Notes: generated by a model from the letters alone, not told the origin. Shown: positions 40,745 through 54,784, counted from the stretch's first letter. The stretch is DNA of 64,000 bases from Octopus vulgaris (GCA_951406725.2 OX597820.1:57536001-57600000), one strand, 5' to 3'. Numbers and translations: made by a program.

Positions 40745-41542
40745 GGTTGTCATACTAGTCTAACGAGTAGACCGCCATCATAAATCAAATATCAAAAAAA
40801 CTCATTTAAATTCTCCTGTCGAATTTGGAATAAACAGGATATTGAAGAATATTCTTCACTTTTAAATGGAATCACCCATGTTTGCGTCCCATCCAGTTTA
40901 TGAATAAGCAATTTACTGATACTACTATGGCTAAGCTCTCTCAACAATACTTACAATTCCAAATATCTTTTTGTCTCATCAGATTTTCCTTCCTGTATAT
41001 TATCACCTTATTCAAACAAAAGAGAGAGGCTTCCATTAATGAGAATCTGAAGAGATGTCTGGGTTTTCATATTCATATCTAAATCGGACATACATATTTA
41101 ATGAATACTATAGTGACAAAATTGACTCACGTGTTCATTCTCTACAAACACTTGACAAAATATTCAGAGCTTTGATTATTTAATACTACCACTTCACTTG
41201 TTCAGTCAACCGTGTCAACCTTAACAAACGACGCTAAACATTGTCACTTGATGCTAACGCACGAACGCAGCGGGGAACCTACAAACATTTCTAAGATCAG
41301 TCATGTGATAATCCTCAACCAATTAAACCCTATTCAAATCATATACTAATTTGAGCCATGAACTACCCTATAAAAATAGGGCAACCTAGTCAGAAGCATA
41401 ACAGCTGCGACATAAGCCACGTTTTCCTATTTCAAATTTTTGAATATCAGTATAAACTGTGAAACCGGTTAAATCTTTAATTATAATAATAAATATATTA
41501 ACTATTATCAGTACATTTTCAACTATTTTTCCTATACACATG

Positions 41543-41599
<57 letters not shown>

Positions 41600-41606
<7 letters not shown>

Positions 41607-42683
41607 AAAGTTAAAAATATATAAAACTGGGACAAGAACGTGAAACACCTAGAAGACGACACAAGAACCACAGGACGGGACATTCGAAGCCCTCGGTCAT
41701 CAGTCAAGAACCGGATCATCTTCGCAATTTCCGCTGATTAATCTTGAGATTGCTCCGACCTGGGCAGCCCTCAAGGGAAATCTAAGCCAAGCGCATTAGA
41801 TCCCTTGGAAGAAAGCTTCGAATGTATACAACACAAGGACGGAAAACGGACGATGTACACGAATAAAATACAAAAATACGTGAAAACAATAAGGAAAGCA
41901 CGAATAAGAATACAAAAACGTAAAAACAATAATGGTAAGGACAAAAACAAAACCAGGACGTAGGACAAGGGTCTTTCGACAGGACGAGTTGAGTTTGGGG
42001 CTGACTTGTAGAGTTGTGCCTTATGGCCACGGGAGACAAACAAAAACGTGTTGCTACAACGACTGCTGGATGCGAAAAGGCCGCACGGCAGTGGCTAGCT
42101 GGTCACGTGAGGACAAAAGACAGGAGAAAGGGACAGATGAGGAGAGAGAGAAGAAAGAGACAGATCGAGGGGAGTGAGAGGCAGAGAAGCGTAGGAGGGG
42201 GGGCGGATGAAGAGAGAAAGAAAGAAAGAAAGAAGGGGAATAAGGGAGGAGGAGAGAGAGAGAGAAAGAGACAGATCAAGAGTCATATCAATGTTAGAGA
42301 AAATATACTTACGTATAAGGACAAAAGTGTGGATACGGAGCCGCCATTATATATGTAAAAGTTAAAAATATATACAAACTAGGACAAGAACGTGAAACAC
42401 CTAGAAGACGACACAAGAACCACAGGACGGGAAATTCGAAGCCCTCAGTCATCAGTGAAGAACCGGATCATCTTCGCAATTTCGGCTGATTAATCTTGAG
42501 ATTGCTCCGACCTGGGCAGCCCTCAAGGGAAATCTAAGCCAAGCGCATTAGATCCCTTGGAAGAAAACTTCGAATGTATACAACACAAGGACAGAAAACG
42601 ATGTACACGAATAAAAATACAAAAATACGTGAAAACAATAAGGAAAGCACGAATAAGAATACAAAAACGTAAAAACAATAATG
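41600..42683. mobile_element. Non-coding element with ~330-bp terminal direct repeats (family F)
   Basis: 41600-41935 and 42353-42683 are near-identical and enclose a purine-rich spacer. Inserted in (TA)n. Confidence 0.7.
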
Positions 42684-43261
42684 ATATATATATATATATA
42701 TATCAATTTAGAGATAGTATACCCCTACTTCTCACCAAATAAAAAGAATTTTCATTTTTATTTTAAATACCTACTGTTTTATTCCTTGGCAACTCGTGTT
42801 TCTCTAAATTAAAATATATTTCTTCTTTGAGAATAATTTGAACCTCTGTTATGCCGGAATTGTTATTCCCTAAAAAATAATATTTATATATATATATATA
42901 AAACTTATAACCAAGGGCAAAAGAAAAATTATTTCTATGCCAATATGCTGAGAACAGACTTTAAATCGTTATTTCCACATTTCATTTTACAATCACTATA
43001 AATACACGTCGTGCTGAAAGCGAGGAAAGCTAGCTAACATAAAAGTTTGATAAAAATTTTATCCTATATTAGTAGTAGATTTATTACCATTCACTTAGGG
43101 ACTGGTAACCACTATAAGCTGTGCTTCAGAATAGTTCACACGTATGCTGAGGCTGGCTAAAGGATTTTACATTTAGATATGACTTAGATGTACTCATGAC
43201 TCTTACTTATGCTTTTTTTTTCTATAGGTGCTTATAATTATTTCATTTATTTCTTATCGTA

Positions 43262-43316
43262 TTTTCTACTGAAGAGGGAAGAATCCATAGGATTAATCCC
43301 GAAATTGATAAAAGAG
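43262..43316 (+). ncRNA. Hammerhead core with degenerate stem I
   Basis: CTGAAGA(43269-43275)-ggga..aatcc-ata-ggatt..tccc-GAAA(43301-43304)-ttga-TA. Confidence 0.45.
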
Positions 43317-44075
43317 AACGATAAAATAAGTACTGGGGTCGATTCATTCGACTAAAATATATATAGTAATAATCGATGAAGGAAACGGAAGATAGATTTG
43401 GTATTAGTCTTTTGTACTAGTCTATGTTCCGTTTCCTTTACCAGTTATTACTATCACAAATAACACTGCGGAATTCCAGAAGTAGAACCAGCGGAAATAT
43501 ACCCCAACCGAGGATGACACCAGGTAGCCCATACTGTGAACGTGCTTTACTCAACACGCTAATTGACATATACCCATTAGTTCCCAATAAATTATAAATA
43601 CACACACATACACACGCACGCACACACATATTTTATATATAAATAATTTCATAACTCCCTGGACCATCTTGTAATCTGTAATGGATAAACAAAATCATTG
43701 ATATAAGACCATTTCTACAGAATCATTCTGCACCAATGCTTGATTCTTTCCTTTACTTCCTAAATGAACCATGATTTTCGAATTTTGAATCTTTTTTTTT
43801 TTTTTTTTTAGCTGTATCAGTTCTTTATTTTATTCTATTTTTTATTAATCTGGATCGAAATATTAAAATGAATAGATAGAAAAACAAACCAGAACAAGTT
43901 TTTCGTACACATATACATACATCTAGATTCGCATCACCAAACTCAGCATCACTCACAGCCAAACGTATGTACGCACAAACTTCCACAAATACATACATAT
44001 CTATCTATCTGCCTGTCTATTTGTCTGTATATATATATCTCTGTCTGTCGGTATGTCTGTTTGTCGGTATGTCTG

Positions 44076-44135
<60 letters not shown>

Positions 44136-44183
44136 CTTATCTATATGTTTGTCTATCAATATGTATGTATGTATGTATGTATG

Positions 44184-44252
<69 letters not shown>

Positions 44253-44269
44253 GTCTGTCTGTCTGTCTA

Positions 44270-44376
<107 letters not shown>

Positions 44377-44464
44377 GTCTATGTATTTGTCTGTTTACCA
44401 ATATATATGTGTGAGTGAGTGAGTGTGTGTGCGTTTGTACGTGCGTGAATGTGTGTGTATGTAC

Positions 44465-44497
<33 letters not shown>

Positions 44498-44779
44498 TGT
44501 ATTTCTGATTGTTTTTATGTGAAATTATTTTTAAAACAATGTAACTTTAAACTCAAGGATTACGCACTACATTTCGTATTTATAATATTTAATATGTGTA
44601 GGTAGTAGAAACAGTTTCCATAGCCTTTGCCGTTCTTTCAAGACGGTCACTTCAGTATATGTTAAATTTTAGCATCTGTTAGTCGTTGTCTATGGAGAAA
44701 GGTTGGGCAGGAGGTAATTTCATCTCTGAAAATGAAGTATTGTTTAGAATATTCTGTGAGAATACTTTTTGAATTCTAA

Positions 44780-44987
44780 TTGTTTTAGTCATTAGATTGC
44801 GGTCATGGTGGGTCAGGATTTTAGTCGAATAAATCGACCCTAGTACTTTATTTTTTAAAGCCTGGTACTTATTTTATCGGTGCCTTTTGCCGAGCCGTTA
44901 AGTTAAGGAAGCTTAAAAACACGCCAACACCGGTTGTTAAGCGCTGGTGGGGGGACAGACACAAACACAAAGTCACACACGTATATA

Positions 44988-45036
<49 letters not shown>

Positions 45037-45195
45037 CGGGTTTTTTTCAGTTTCTGTCTACCAAATCTACTCGCAAGACGTTAGTCGGCGGCCCGAGGCT
45101 ATTGTAGAAAACACTTGCCCAAGGTGCCACGCAGTGAGACTGAATCCGAAACCATGTGGCTAGAAAGCAGATTTCTTACCACACAGCCACGCCTG
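44780..45195 (-). mobile_element. SINE family B
   Basis: Diverged reverse complement of the reference copy. Confidence 0.8.
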
Positions 45196-45238
45196 TGTCC
45201 TTTGAAACAATATAGATACATCAGAAACTAACACCGAC

Positions 45239-45414
45239 CTTAATCTAGAGAGCTTGATGTTTTGATGAGAATAAAGTACTTCTCGGCATTGCGTAGGAGG
45301 CAGTAATTTGCAAGTGATACTTTTGTTGATGTTCAGAATAGGTCGAGTTTTATTAATGTTTTCAAATTCCATGCAGAAAATGGTAACGTAGAGGTATTTC
45401 TTATGTGCGCATAT
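45239..45414 (-). CDS. Candidate internal exon of an unidentified gene
   Basis: Acceptor ccatcttcag, 176 nt open (ICAHKKYLYVTIFCMEFENINKTRPILNINKSITCKLLPPTQCREVLYSHQNIKLSRL), donor AG|gtcggt. Confidence 0.3.
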
Positions 45415-46269
45415 CTGAAGATGGATTGATACGTTAAGTGTCGGCTTTCTTAACAGCTCTCACATATTCCGATACATAATTTTAGAGGGATGTGGCTTCC
45501 GCACTGAAATAATAGCTTCACAAATTAAAGTATCAGCTCGGCCTAAATTACCCATGGGACATAACTCTCATCTCAAAAGTGAGAGTCATTTCCCTAATTT
45601 ATGTGGTTTGCAGATTTCCTGTATTATGCATTTTCGTAGAGCGCAAGCTTACATTTTTCACACGTGCGCATGCACATGTATCATATTAGACATAATATAT
45701 GTAACGCATATGTTTATAAATGAAAGCATAGCTGTCTATTTAAGAAGTCTTTTTCTAAACCACATAGAATCGGTTTCAATCTCACTGAGGTGTACCTTGC
45801 GCAAATGGCTTCTACAATAGCACTGGCTCGACCAGTTACTTCTAGGGTGAAATTCGTTGACGAAAACTGTACGGAAGACTCATATATATTAAAGATGCAT
45901 TATTCCTGTTTACTTCTCTCGAGAATTTCTATTTACGTGATACTGTTTAGCAACCGTTGTTTATTTGCAACGTAGCGGTTCAGCAAAATACACCGATGAA
46001 TTCCTTGAAATACTTTCACTAAAACTCTTCAAAGCAATACCCCAGCACGGCTGAGGGTCAATGACCAAAATTTGTAGGAAGACATAGCTGCATACATAGG
46101 TACATACATACATACATTCTTCCATACACACATTCGTACGTATATGCACGCACACACATATACATCATACCTACATCATGTTTATCAGATGTAAGTATAT
46201 GTGTGCGTGCGTGTGATTGTGTATGTGTGTGGGTATCATTATATATATGTATGTATGTATATATATATG

Positions 46270-46332
<63 letters not shown>

Positions 46333-46333
46333 G

Positions 46334-46406
<73 letters not shown>

Positions 46407-47469
46407 TAGAAAATGTCTTCAAGTGTATTGAGAGCATTCTTTGAAAACATTTGTTAGCGCTGAATATTTGTTTCTTAGACTGTCTTTCCAATATCTATCT
46501 AATTCTTTGTGACATCAAAGACGAAATAGTATAACATCAAAGAGGTTATATCATTCATTAAATGTATTTCTTTTTTTTCTCTTTTTATATTTATTTCATA
46601 TATTTATGTATTTATTACCTATTTTCTTATATTCAGCCTTTGGTCGGCTGCCAGCTCCTGTACCCGATGTTTTATTTCATCAAACATTTAAATACAATTC
46701 GGCGTGAAGGGACGTAACTCGCACAAAAAAATGTTTTAAATCAAGTTTTTATTTTATTCTTTGCTGCATAAATCTATCTGTCTTCCTTCCCCGAGAGACC
46801 TAAGCACATACACATTTCATGATGCTCAATTTCCCTCTTTGAATTGCTCAACTCTCTTACAAATTACCACCAGTTCTCTCCATTTTATCCTTTCAAAGTT
46901 ACAACAGTTTAACATCTATTTCAGCTGCTCCTTGAAGTGCTCTTTTCGTCAACCTTTTGATCGTTTGATCTTCAGATTTTATTCAATTCAAATACATGCC
47001 ACTGGCTTCCTTCGGTTACTACACCTTCCTCATTTTCGTCTCATTTATGCAAATTACCCAGGATAGAACTGGGTTAGTTCTAAGCGTCTCGTCTGCTGGA
47101 AGTAAGGAAATATAAAGTGCTGTACTGACGACGCTTATTAAGGCGGAACACGGTTCCATAGTTGCCGTCTTGTTTACAAACAGCTAAATTGTCTTTTTCT
47201 TGTTAGCATATCAGATTGGAAAAATATTTTATTGTTGAAATTATCTCCCTTTTCCATTTGAAGTTACTCTCAATTATCACCAAGCGATTGTTTTACCATC
47301 CCAGGAAATGGAGATTTCCCCACATCAAGAATCAATCTTGTATGATGATGAATACTCTGATGCACGTACGCGCGCGCTCACGTACACACACACACACACA
47401 CACACACTAAATACACACACACATACGCATGCGTGTGCATCTTTCAACCTCTTTTTTCCCATCATTCTC

Positions 47470-47806
47470 TCTCTGTTTATTTCCTCTTATTTCTTTCTGT
47501 TGAACAGCGTAGGTACGAAACGTAAAAGACTTTCTCATTTTTCCTGAGCGTCAAACTAATACACTTGCTTGTTGTTCATACATCTATCTTCGTCTTTTGT
47601 TTTTCTATAAATTTCAACTACACACACACACACACACACACACACCTTGTTTCTCTCCTTGTTTTTTTTTTCTGTGTATCTTTCTGTAGAAGAGCGTAGG
47701 CTCGAAACGTAAAAGACTTTTTCTATTCCTGAGCGCTATACTAATACATTTGTTTGTTTGTACTCCACCTGCCTTCGTCTTTTGTTTATTTTCGTAAACT
47801 TTCCCG
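47470..47806 (+). mobile_element. Family E repeat, tandem dimer, each unit with a minimal HHR-like motif
   Basis: Motifs at 47492-47529 and 47679-47716 (the second reads tcttt-CTGTAGA-a-gagc-gtag-gctc-GAAA-cg-TA-aaaga). Units are separated by (CA)n. Confidence 0.65.
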
Positions 47807-47807
47807 T

Positions 47808-47839
<32 letters not shown>

Positions 47840-48452
47840 AATGTTTGTGCGCACGCATGTGTGTGTGTATAAGCATATAGATATGTATGAGTGTGTGTAT
47901 GTATGTTTACATGAACTGACAAGACATTCTAATCTATACTGAGGTGGCTTTATACAGCCGACCACGTCCATAAATGACTTAGTTTCATAAATACATACAT
48001 TAAAATGTAAAAAACACAGCGAGGTTGATATTGTCAAACCGTTAATCGGGTGACAGCTGTTTTTATAGCCATTCCTCAATAGTTGTAGCTTAAATTCTGG
48101 CTGCTGGTTCATTGTCTGCTGAAATTATGGATTTATTATATAAAGTTTACGATTATATGTAATTTTTATCTTCGAAATACATTTTGATAGACACAGTGTT
48201 GTAAGTATTTCGAGAATCTTGATGCACTTGCAGCACGCTTAATTTATGGAAGTAGTTGAATTGTTACGATCAAAGAAACAAGCTGTAATCATGTGTAAAC
48301 TAGCCAATAACGAGACTGTTTGTAGTCAATGAATTGTGATAAACGTAGCAGCCAAATTTCCCTCAAATCATACTCAAGTTTTATGTTGAATTTTGGTCTT
48401 TTTTTTTCTTTCATTTTGTTAAAAGGGATGAATTCGAAAATGTAGTCTGACA

Positions 48453-48847
48453 TCTTTATATATAAAAGTGAGGTTGTGTGCTGTCTGTCTCCTACGATTT
48501 AGATTCCTAACTACTCCCACATTTTGCGGTGCAGTTTAACCAAAACTGGGTATCTTATAGTCGTGATTCATATCGAGCCCTTCTGGGTATTAGCGCGCGT
48601 CTACGATGAGTCTACGATTTAAAAAAAAATTTACCATCAATTTTTCCCATTTTAATGCATTTTTGGCATATATAAGGGAAGTAACTCTCTAAAAATTTAT
48701 TATTAAATCTCAGAACGTAAAAAGCTACAGTAACACCCCGCCTTTGTGGTTAGCCATATTGAGATGGCTATTATACTTTATATCTCAAAAAATGCTTATA
48801 TAGTTATTTCCCTTACAAACCTGAGCAACGCCGGGCGATACTGCTTG
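48453..48847 (+). mobile_element. Non-autonomous Helitron
   Basis: 5' a|TC, 3' hairpin cctgagcaacgccggg and CTTG|t. Homologous to 63195-63707. Confidence 0.75.
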
Positions 48848-48989
48848 TAAACTATATTTGAGAAGACGAAAGAGTCGCGGTTGAAATGTCCTTCATATAA
48901 GTTCATTCGGTTAAGTCTAAGAGTTTAAACTGGGGCGAAGAATCGAGAATGAAATCTGATCTATAACTAAATTATAACAATCAGAACTG

Positions 48990-49141
48990 GCCTGATATGC
49001 ATATGAACCTGCTGGCTTGACGCCATCAAGAGTGACGCGGGAATGGCCATGCCCAATCCGAATGAAGCGACCTAGGATAGAACTGGCTGGAGAACACTGA
49101 TCCATCGAGTAACCGAGAGTCGACTTCGACTGAGCGGATAG
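48990..49141 (+). mobile_element. RTE-clade LINE 3' end fragment
   Basis: WLDAIKSD..DRTGWRTLIHRVTESRLRLSG resembles the RTE/BovB C-terminus. Confidence 0.6.
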
Positions 49142-49299
49142 TTAGTTAATTACATATATATACGTAAATATATATGTGTGTGTGTAGATGTGTGAATGTG
49201 GGTGTGCGCCTATGTATATGCATATATACATACATATATATATACACACACATACACACACAGACACATATATGTATGACTATATAGTCATTCTATATG

Positions 49300-49460
49300 A
49301 TAGATCGCTAGCCACTACACATTCTTTATTTTCTCTCCTTGTTTCTTTCTGTGGAAGAGCGTAGGCTCGAAACGTTAAAGACTCTTTCACTTCCCGAGCG
49401 TTATACTAATACACCTGTTTGTTGTCTACACCACCTGCCTTCGTCTTTTGCCTTTTGTTT

Positions 49461-49470
<10 letters not shown>
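49300..49470 (+). mobile_element. Family E repeat with minimal HHR-like motif (49344-49381)
   Basis: tcttt-CTGTGGA-a-gagc-gtag-gctc-GAAA-cg-TT-aaaga. Confidence 0.6.
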
Positions 49471-49528
<58 letters not shown>

Positions 49529-49684
49529 TTGTTGTTTACACACCCGCCTTCGTCTTTTTCTTTTTTTTTTGTAAATTCTCCCTATATGTACATACATATA
49601 TACAACCACTGCGTTGATCTCATTGAGAGGTTTAAGAACTAGCATTTTTTCTCGTTGCAAAATAAGCAAATGTGAGTTGACTTG

Positions 49685-49774
<90 letters not shown>

Positions 49775-49802
49775 CGTGCTGGGGCGAGCTACTGCTATCT
49801 CT

Positions 49803-49877
49803 AGCAGACGAGGCGTCCAGTGCCGAAGAGTGCCAGAAATAGCCCGAAACCAGGATTGGTCTACTGGTCCCGTCGCT
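49803..49877 (+). ncRNA. Type I hammerhead ribozyme (U4C variant) with extended stem I
   Basis: ccagtg(49817-49822)-CCGAAGA-gtgc..gccc-GAAA-cca-ggat-tgg-TC-tactgg(49862-49867), with distal stem I gacg/cgtc and agc/gct. Confidence 0.65.
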
Positions 49878-50086
49878 ACAAGGTGTTAGAGGTTCGTTCC
49901 CCTGGTCGCAAGTTATCGGATGCTGCTCTGCATCCTTAATCAGCTAGAGCAGATGTTCTCTTGGGATTAAAAAGTTGCAGCAGAGTCCGTTCGAACGGAC
50001 AGCCATGTTGAAGTAGTGAAGAATATTACTTGTCAGCACATCTACTGCGTTGATCTCTTAGAGAGATTTTAGAACTAGCATTTTTG

Positions 50087-50133
<47 letters not shown>

Positions 50134-50154
50134 ACGTGTGTATATGTGTATGTG

Positions 50155-50262
<108 letters not shown>

Positions 50263-50470
50263 TACATACACACACACTCACACACACACATACGTGTATA
50301 TATATATATTTCACATATTTTTATGCACATAAGCACTAACACGTGTGTGTTTGTGTGTGTGCGCGCGCGGGCATATATGTATAGATATATATATATATCT
50401 ATATATATATACATGCATACACACACATACATATATACATACATACACACACACGCACGCACACACACAC

Positions 50471-50512
<42 letters not shown>

Positions 50513-51272
50513 TATAAACGCATACGTGCAATCTATCAGCGTTGTATCCAAGGAATAAACTGTGAGCTGTCTGGATCTTGTTTGCCAAATTCACCCATGA
50601 ATCAGACACCCGAAAATAGAGGAGTTTGCGCAAGCATATGCAGGTAGAGAACTCAACTCTCACACATACATTCATGCACGGTTGGCACACATACACATAC
50701 ACTCACACATACATACATACATACATACATACATACGCCAGAACAGATATTTACAACGGCACGTGACGCTTGGAGTAGTGGTAGCGTTTGGAACGTGTTG
50801 TATAACAGATAGAATATTTGAAATGTTCACTGTGAGAAAGATGGTAGTACAAGAAGAAAAAAAAAACAATAAATAAAATAGGTTAAAGAACCAAAAAAAT
50901 AATAATAATGATAATAACTAGTAATACTTTTTACAGTAGATCTCTAAGTAGTGACTCACCATTTTATACACGATGATGATGTTGGAAGCTGCGATGATGG
51001 TGTTTATAAATAATGGTGTGGATAATGGTGGTGGTGGTGGTGGTGTGAGCGGTATGATAGATGAAGTTTGCAGATGATGTTGGAGTGGCGTAGCGGAGCG
51101 GCTGTTGGTGATTCCATGCTGCAAAAGTGCGAAGAGTTTCCATGGGAAACAAGTAGAATTATGGTTGAAGAAAAAAAGAATCAAGGATGGATAAACATGA
51201 GTTTCTAATTTGTAAGAATGAAAATAGCAATACCCAGACGGACTGCTATGTATGGGTGGGATTAAGTTAAAA

Positions 51273-51658
51273 GTGGAAGCGCAATGGCCCAGTGGTTAGG
51301 GCAGCGGACTCGCGGTCGTAGGATCGCGGTTTCGATTCCCAGACCGGGCATTGTGAGTGTTTATTGAGCGAAAACACCTAAAAGCTCCACGAGGCTCCGG
51401 CAGGGGATGGTGGTGATCCCTACTGTACTCTTTCACCACAACTTTCTCTCACTCTTACTTCCTGTTTCTGTTGTACCTGTATTTCAAAGGGCCGGCCTTG
51501 TCACTCTCTGTGTCACGCTGAATATCCCCGAGAACTACGTTAAGGGTACACGTGTCTGTGGAGTGCTCAGCCACTTACACGTTAATTTCACGAGCAGGCT
51601 GTTCCGTTGATCGGATCAACCGGAACACTCGTCGTCGTAACCGACGGAGTGCTTCCAT
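51273..51658 (+). mobile_element. SINE family C
   Basis: tRNA-like head with A/B boxes. TSD ttaagttaaaa on both sides. Confidence 0.9.
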
Positions 51659-52009
51659 TTAAGTTAAAAAAATAAAAAAGAAAAAGAAAAAGAGCGTGGA
51701 CGTCATCGGTAAGTGGTGTTAAGACACTAACAGGTTTGTAATACAAGCTCTATTCTCGATCGATCCATTTTGTACTAACCGTGTTCGTTCCTTTCTTTTT
51801 TTTTTTTTTTCTCGTGCCCTTGTATCCCTAAGCCCGGTTGCCTGATTTCCATAGCGTGTAAGGCACCGAAATCACAACATTTCCCCTTGAACGAGATGTT
51901 GGCATATTGCAGGGATCGTGACCAGCAACTTCGAGGGAGCAGGGGGGGGTGCGGGTTAAATCTATTAACATCAAACCCAGTACATGACTGGTATCTTATC
52001 TTTTATCGT

Positions 52010-52770
52010 TCACTTGTTTCGGTCACTGCACTTTGGCCCTGCCTTGAGGCGCTGCTTTGAAGAGTTTTAGTCGAACAAATCGACTCCAGTTATTTGCTTT
52101 TAAAGTTCGTTACTCATCCTATCGTTTTTTTTTTTTTTTTTTTTTTTTGCCGAACCGTTTAGTTACAGGAACGTAAACAAACAAGCACTAGTTGTCAAGT
52201 GATGTAGTGACAGAAACAAATACAAAGACATTCATACGCACGTGGTTGTGTGGTAAGAACTTTCCTTTCCAATCACATGGTTCCAGGTTCAACCACATGG
52301 TTTCTTGGTCAAGAGACTTCTGCTATTACCTCGGGTTGACCAAAGCCTTTGGGAGTGGATTTGGTAGACGGAAACTGAAAGAAGCCTGTCGTATATATAT
52401 ATGTGTGTGCGTGTGTCTTTCTGTCTGTGCTGGTCCCCCACTACCGCTTGACAACCGGTGTTGGTGTGTTTATATCCCAAGACCGATAGTATAAGTACCA
52501 CGCTTTTAAAGAAAATAAGTACTGGGGTCGATAAGTTCGACAAAAAAGTCCTCAAGGGCCTTTGGGCGCCGTAGCGCTATAGTAAAAGACAATAGCCATG
52601 CAGTAGGACTGAAATCGAAACCATGTGGTGGGGGACTAAACTTCTTACCACACAGCCATGTCTGAAAGCCAAAGTTAACCTCGGCTGGGATTGAACTCGG
52701 AACGTAAGGAACTGAAAGTAAAGCTACTAAACACTTTCTCCGATGAGCTAACGATTCCGCCAGCTTACTG
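52010..52770. mobile_element. Cluster of diverged SINE A/B fragments in both orientations
   Basis: Diagnostic motifs gccgaaccgt, gtggatttggtagacggaaactgaaagaagcc and ctaacgattccgccagct. Confidence 0.65.
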
Positions 52771-54049
52771 CATTATTTCTTTCCTAATATGTGAAATTTA
52801 TTTACAACGCACTGAAGGAGCCTCTACCTGGTTGCTTGAGCTTCGAGTCAGTTGAAATAGCAGCAAAATCTCCCTCATATTGCACACTATGTCGTCTTGA
52901 ATAAAGAAACTATATTTAGTCCTTCAAACATCTAAGAAGACAAATGGCCAAGTTTAGATAACAGGTCTGCTGACCTTGGGTTAAACGAAAGCTACTGATT
53001 GAGATCTATTCTGTTTCGCTACACCTGTGGAAATTTTCAAGTTCAAGGAAAATTTTTAAATTTGGTGTAGTGATGTAATTTTGCATGCTGAAAATCTCAG
53101 GTGCTAATTCACTTTTTCCAGAAAGTGTTTTTTTCTTTTTTTAGAAAAAGTTACAGCGGTTTAAAGTTTGATAATTTTTACCCAGTCAGAAAACAGGTTT
53201 TGGAAGATGTCATTTTGTGTGCGACTGTACGTGTTTGTCAATCGTAAACGAATGAAATATTGGTGGAATTCTGCTTTATGCAAGCCTTATATAATCCCTC
53301 ATAATTTTTCATTTTTTGGAGGTTCCAGAAAATTTTTGCCAATTTCTATTCTACACACAGGAATTCATACGATTATGCAAAAAAAAAAAAAAAGAAAAAA
53401 TGGGTGCGTGATTTAAGGCCTATTTAGCTATTATTTTTAGTACATCTCATAACCACCTCATACTGCATGTGTTTTAAGCATTCAATAAGCGAAAAATGAC
53501 CACGTGGGTAAGCAGCTTGGTAACATCTTGACTTATTACTATGGAAACATGCATTTATATGTCTGTGGTTTTCAATTGGCTAAAATTACCCAAAATTTGA
53601 AAACTTTAAAAGCTATTAACTTTTTATTTATTGAGTTATGGCGAAAATGAATTTCACGTCAATGGTCTCCATTCAAAACTACACCAATACACCAAATATG
53701 AAATCAACTGGGACAAAAATCGAAGAAATTCAAAAGTGGCGGCCGAGCAGAAAAGATCTGCTTGAAATTTATGGTGTCAGTTTATAATTTGATCGAATGA
53801 GACAAATTTGTTCACGAAGACGAGGCGAAGTCGTCAATAACGTCATTATAAGCCTTACTGTTGCAGGAAAGCATCATTGCATTATTGTGGGTTGTTTTGA
53901 CTTAGATCCTTCCGAGTTCGACAAAATACTGAATGTTATTGTGTGGTTAAGAAGATTTCTGAACATTGCGGTCTTCAGTTCAGTATCACTGCGCGGCACA
54001 TTGGCAAGTGCCAACCAAAGCCAGCAAGAAAAAGAACTCTCTCGCTCTC

Positions 54050-54665
54050 TCTACTCTTTTACTTGTTTCAGTCATTTGACTGGTCATACTGGAGCACCGC
54101 CTTTAGTCGAGCAAATCGAACCCAGGACTTATTCTTTGTAAGCCTAGTACTTATTCTATCGGTCTCTTTTGCCGAACCGCTAAGTTACGGGGACGTAAAC
54201 GCACCAGCATCGGGTGTCAAGCGATGTTGTTGGTGGGTGGGGGGACAAATACAGACACACAAACATATTTATATTTATATAGATATACATATATACGACG
54301 GGCTTCTTTCAGTTTCCGTCTACCAAATCCATTCACAAGGATTTGGTCGGCCCGAAGCTATAGTAGAAGACACTTGCCCAAGGTGAACCCGGAACTATGT
54401 GGTTTGTAAGCAAGCTACTTACCACACAGCCACTCCTACGCCTACGCACATACATACAAATTATATCTTTTTTCTTTTTCTTTCATCAGACTGCGGCCAT
54501 GCTGGAGCACTAAATTTTAGTCGAACGAATAGATTTCGGAATTTTTTTTTTTTTAAGCCTGGTACTTATTCCATCAGAATCTTTTAGCAAACTGCTAAGT
54601 TACGGGTCCGTAAACACACCAAGCGTTGTCAAGCGGTGGTGGGGGCAAACACAGACACAAAGACA
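54050..54665 (-). mobile_element. SINE family B (full copy plus a 3' half)
   Basis: Reverse complement of the reference copy at 54050-54445 and 54480-54665. Confidence 0.85.
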
Positions 54666-54784
54666 CATACACGCATGTGCGTGCATGCACACATCCATGC
54701 CAAATCAAATTTATTGGCAGAAGAGCACAATAGGCTTAAGCCATGTAAAAAAAAAAGTTATTGTTATATACAGTTTTATACATA

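Noticed and set aside
40860-41480. Possible Penelope GIY-YIG remnant and GAAACCGGTT hammerhead 3' half
   Set aside because: Similarity is too weak and there is no CUGANGA partner.
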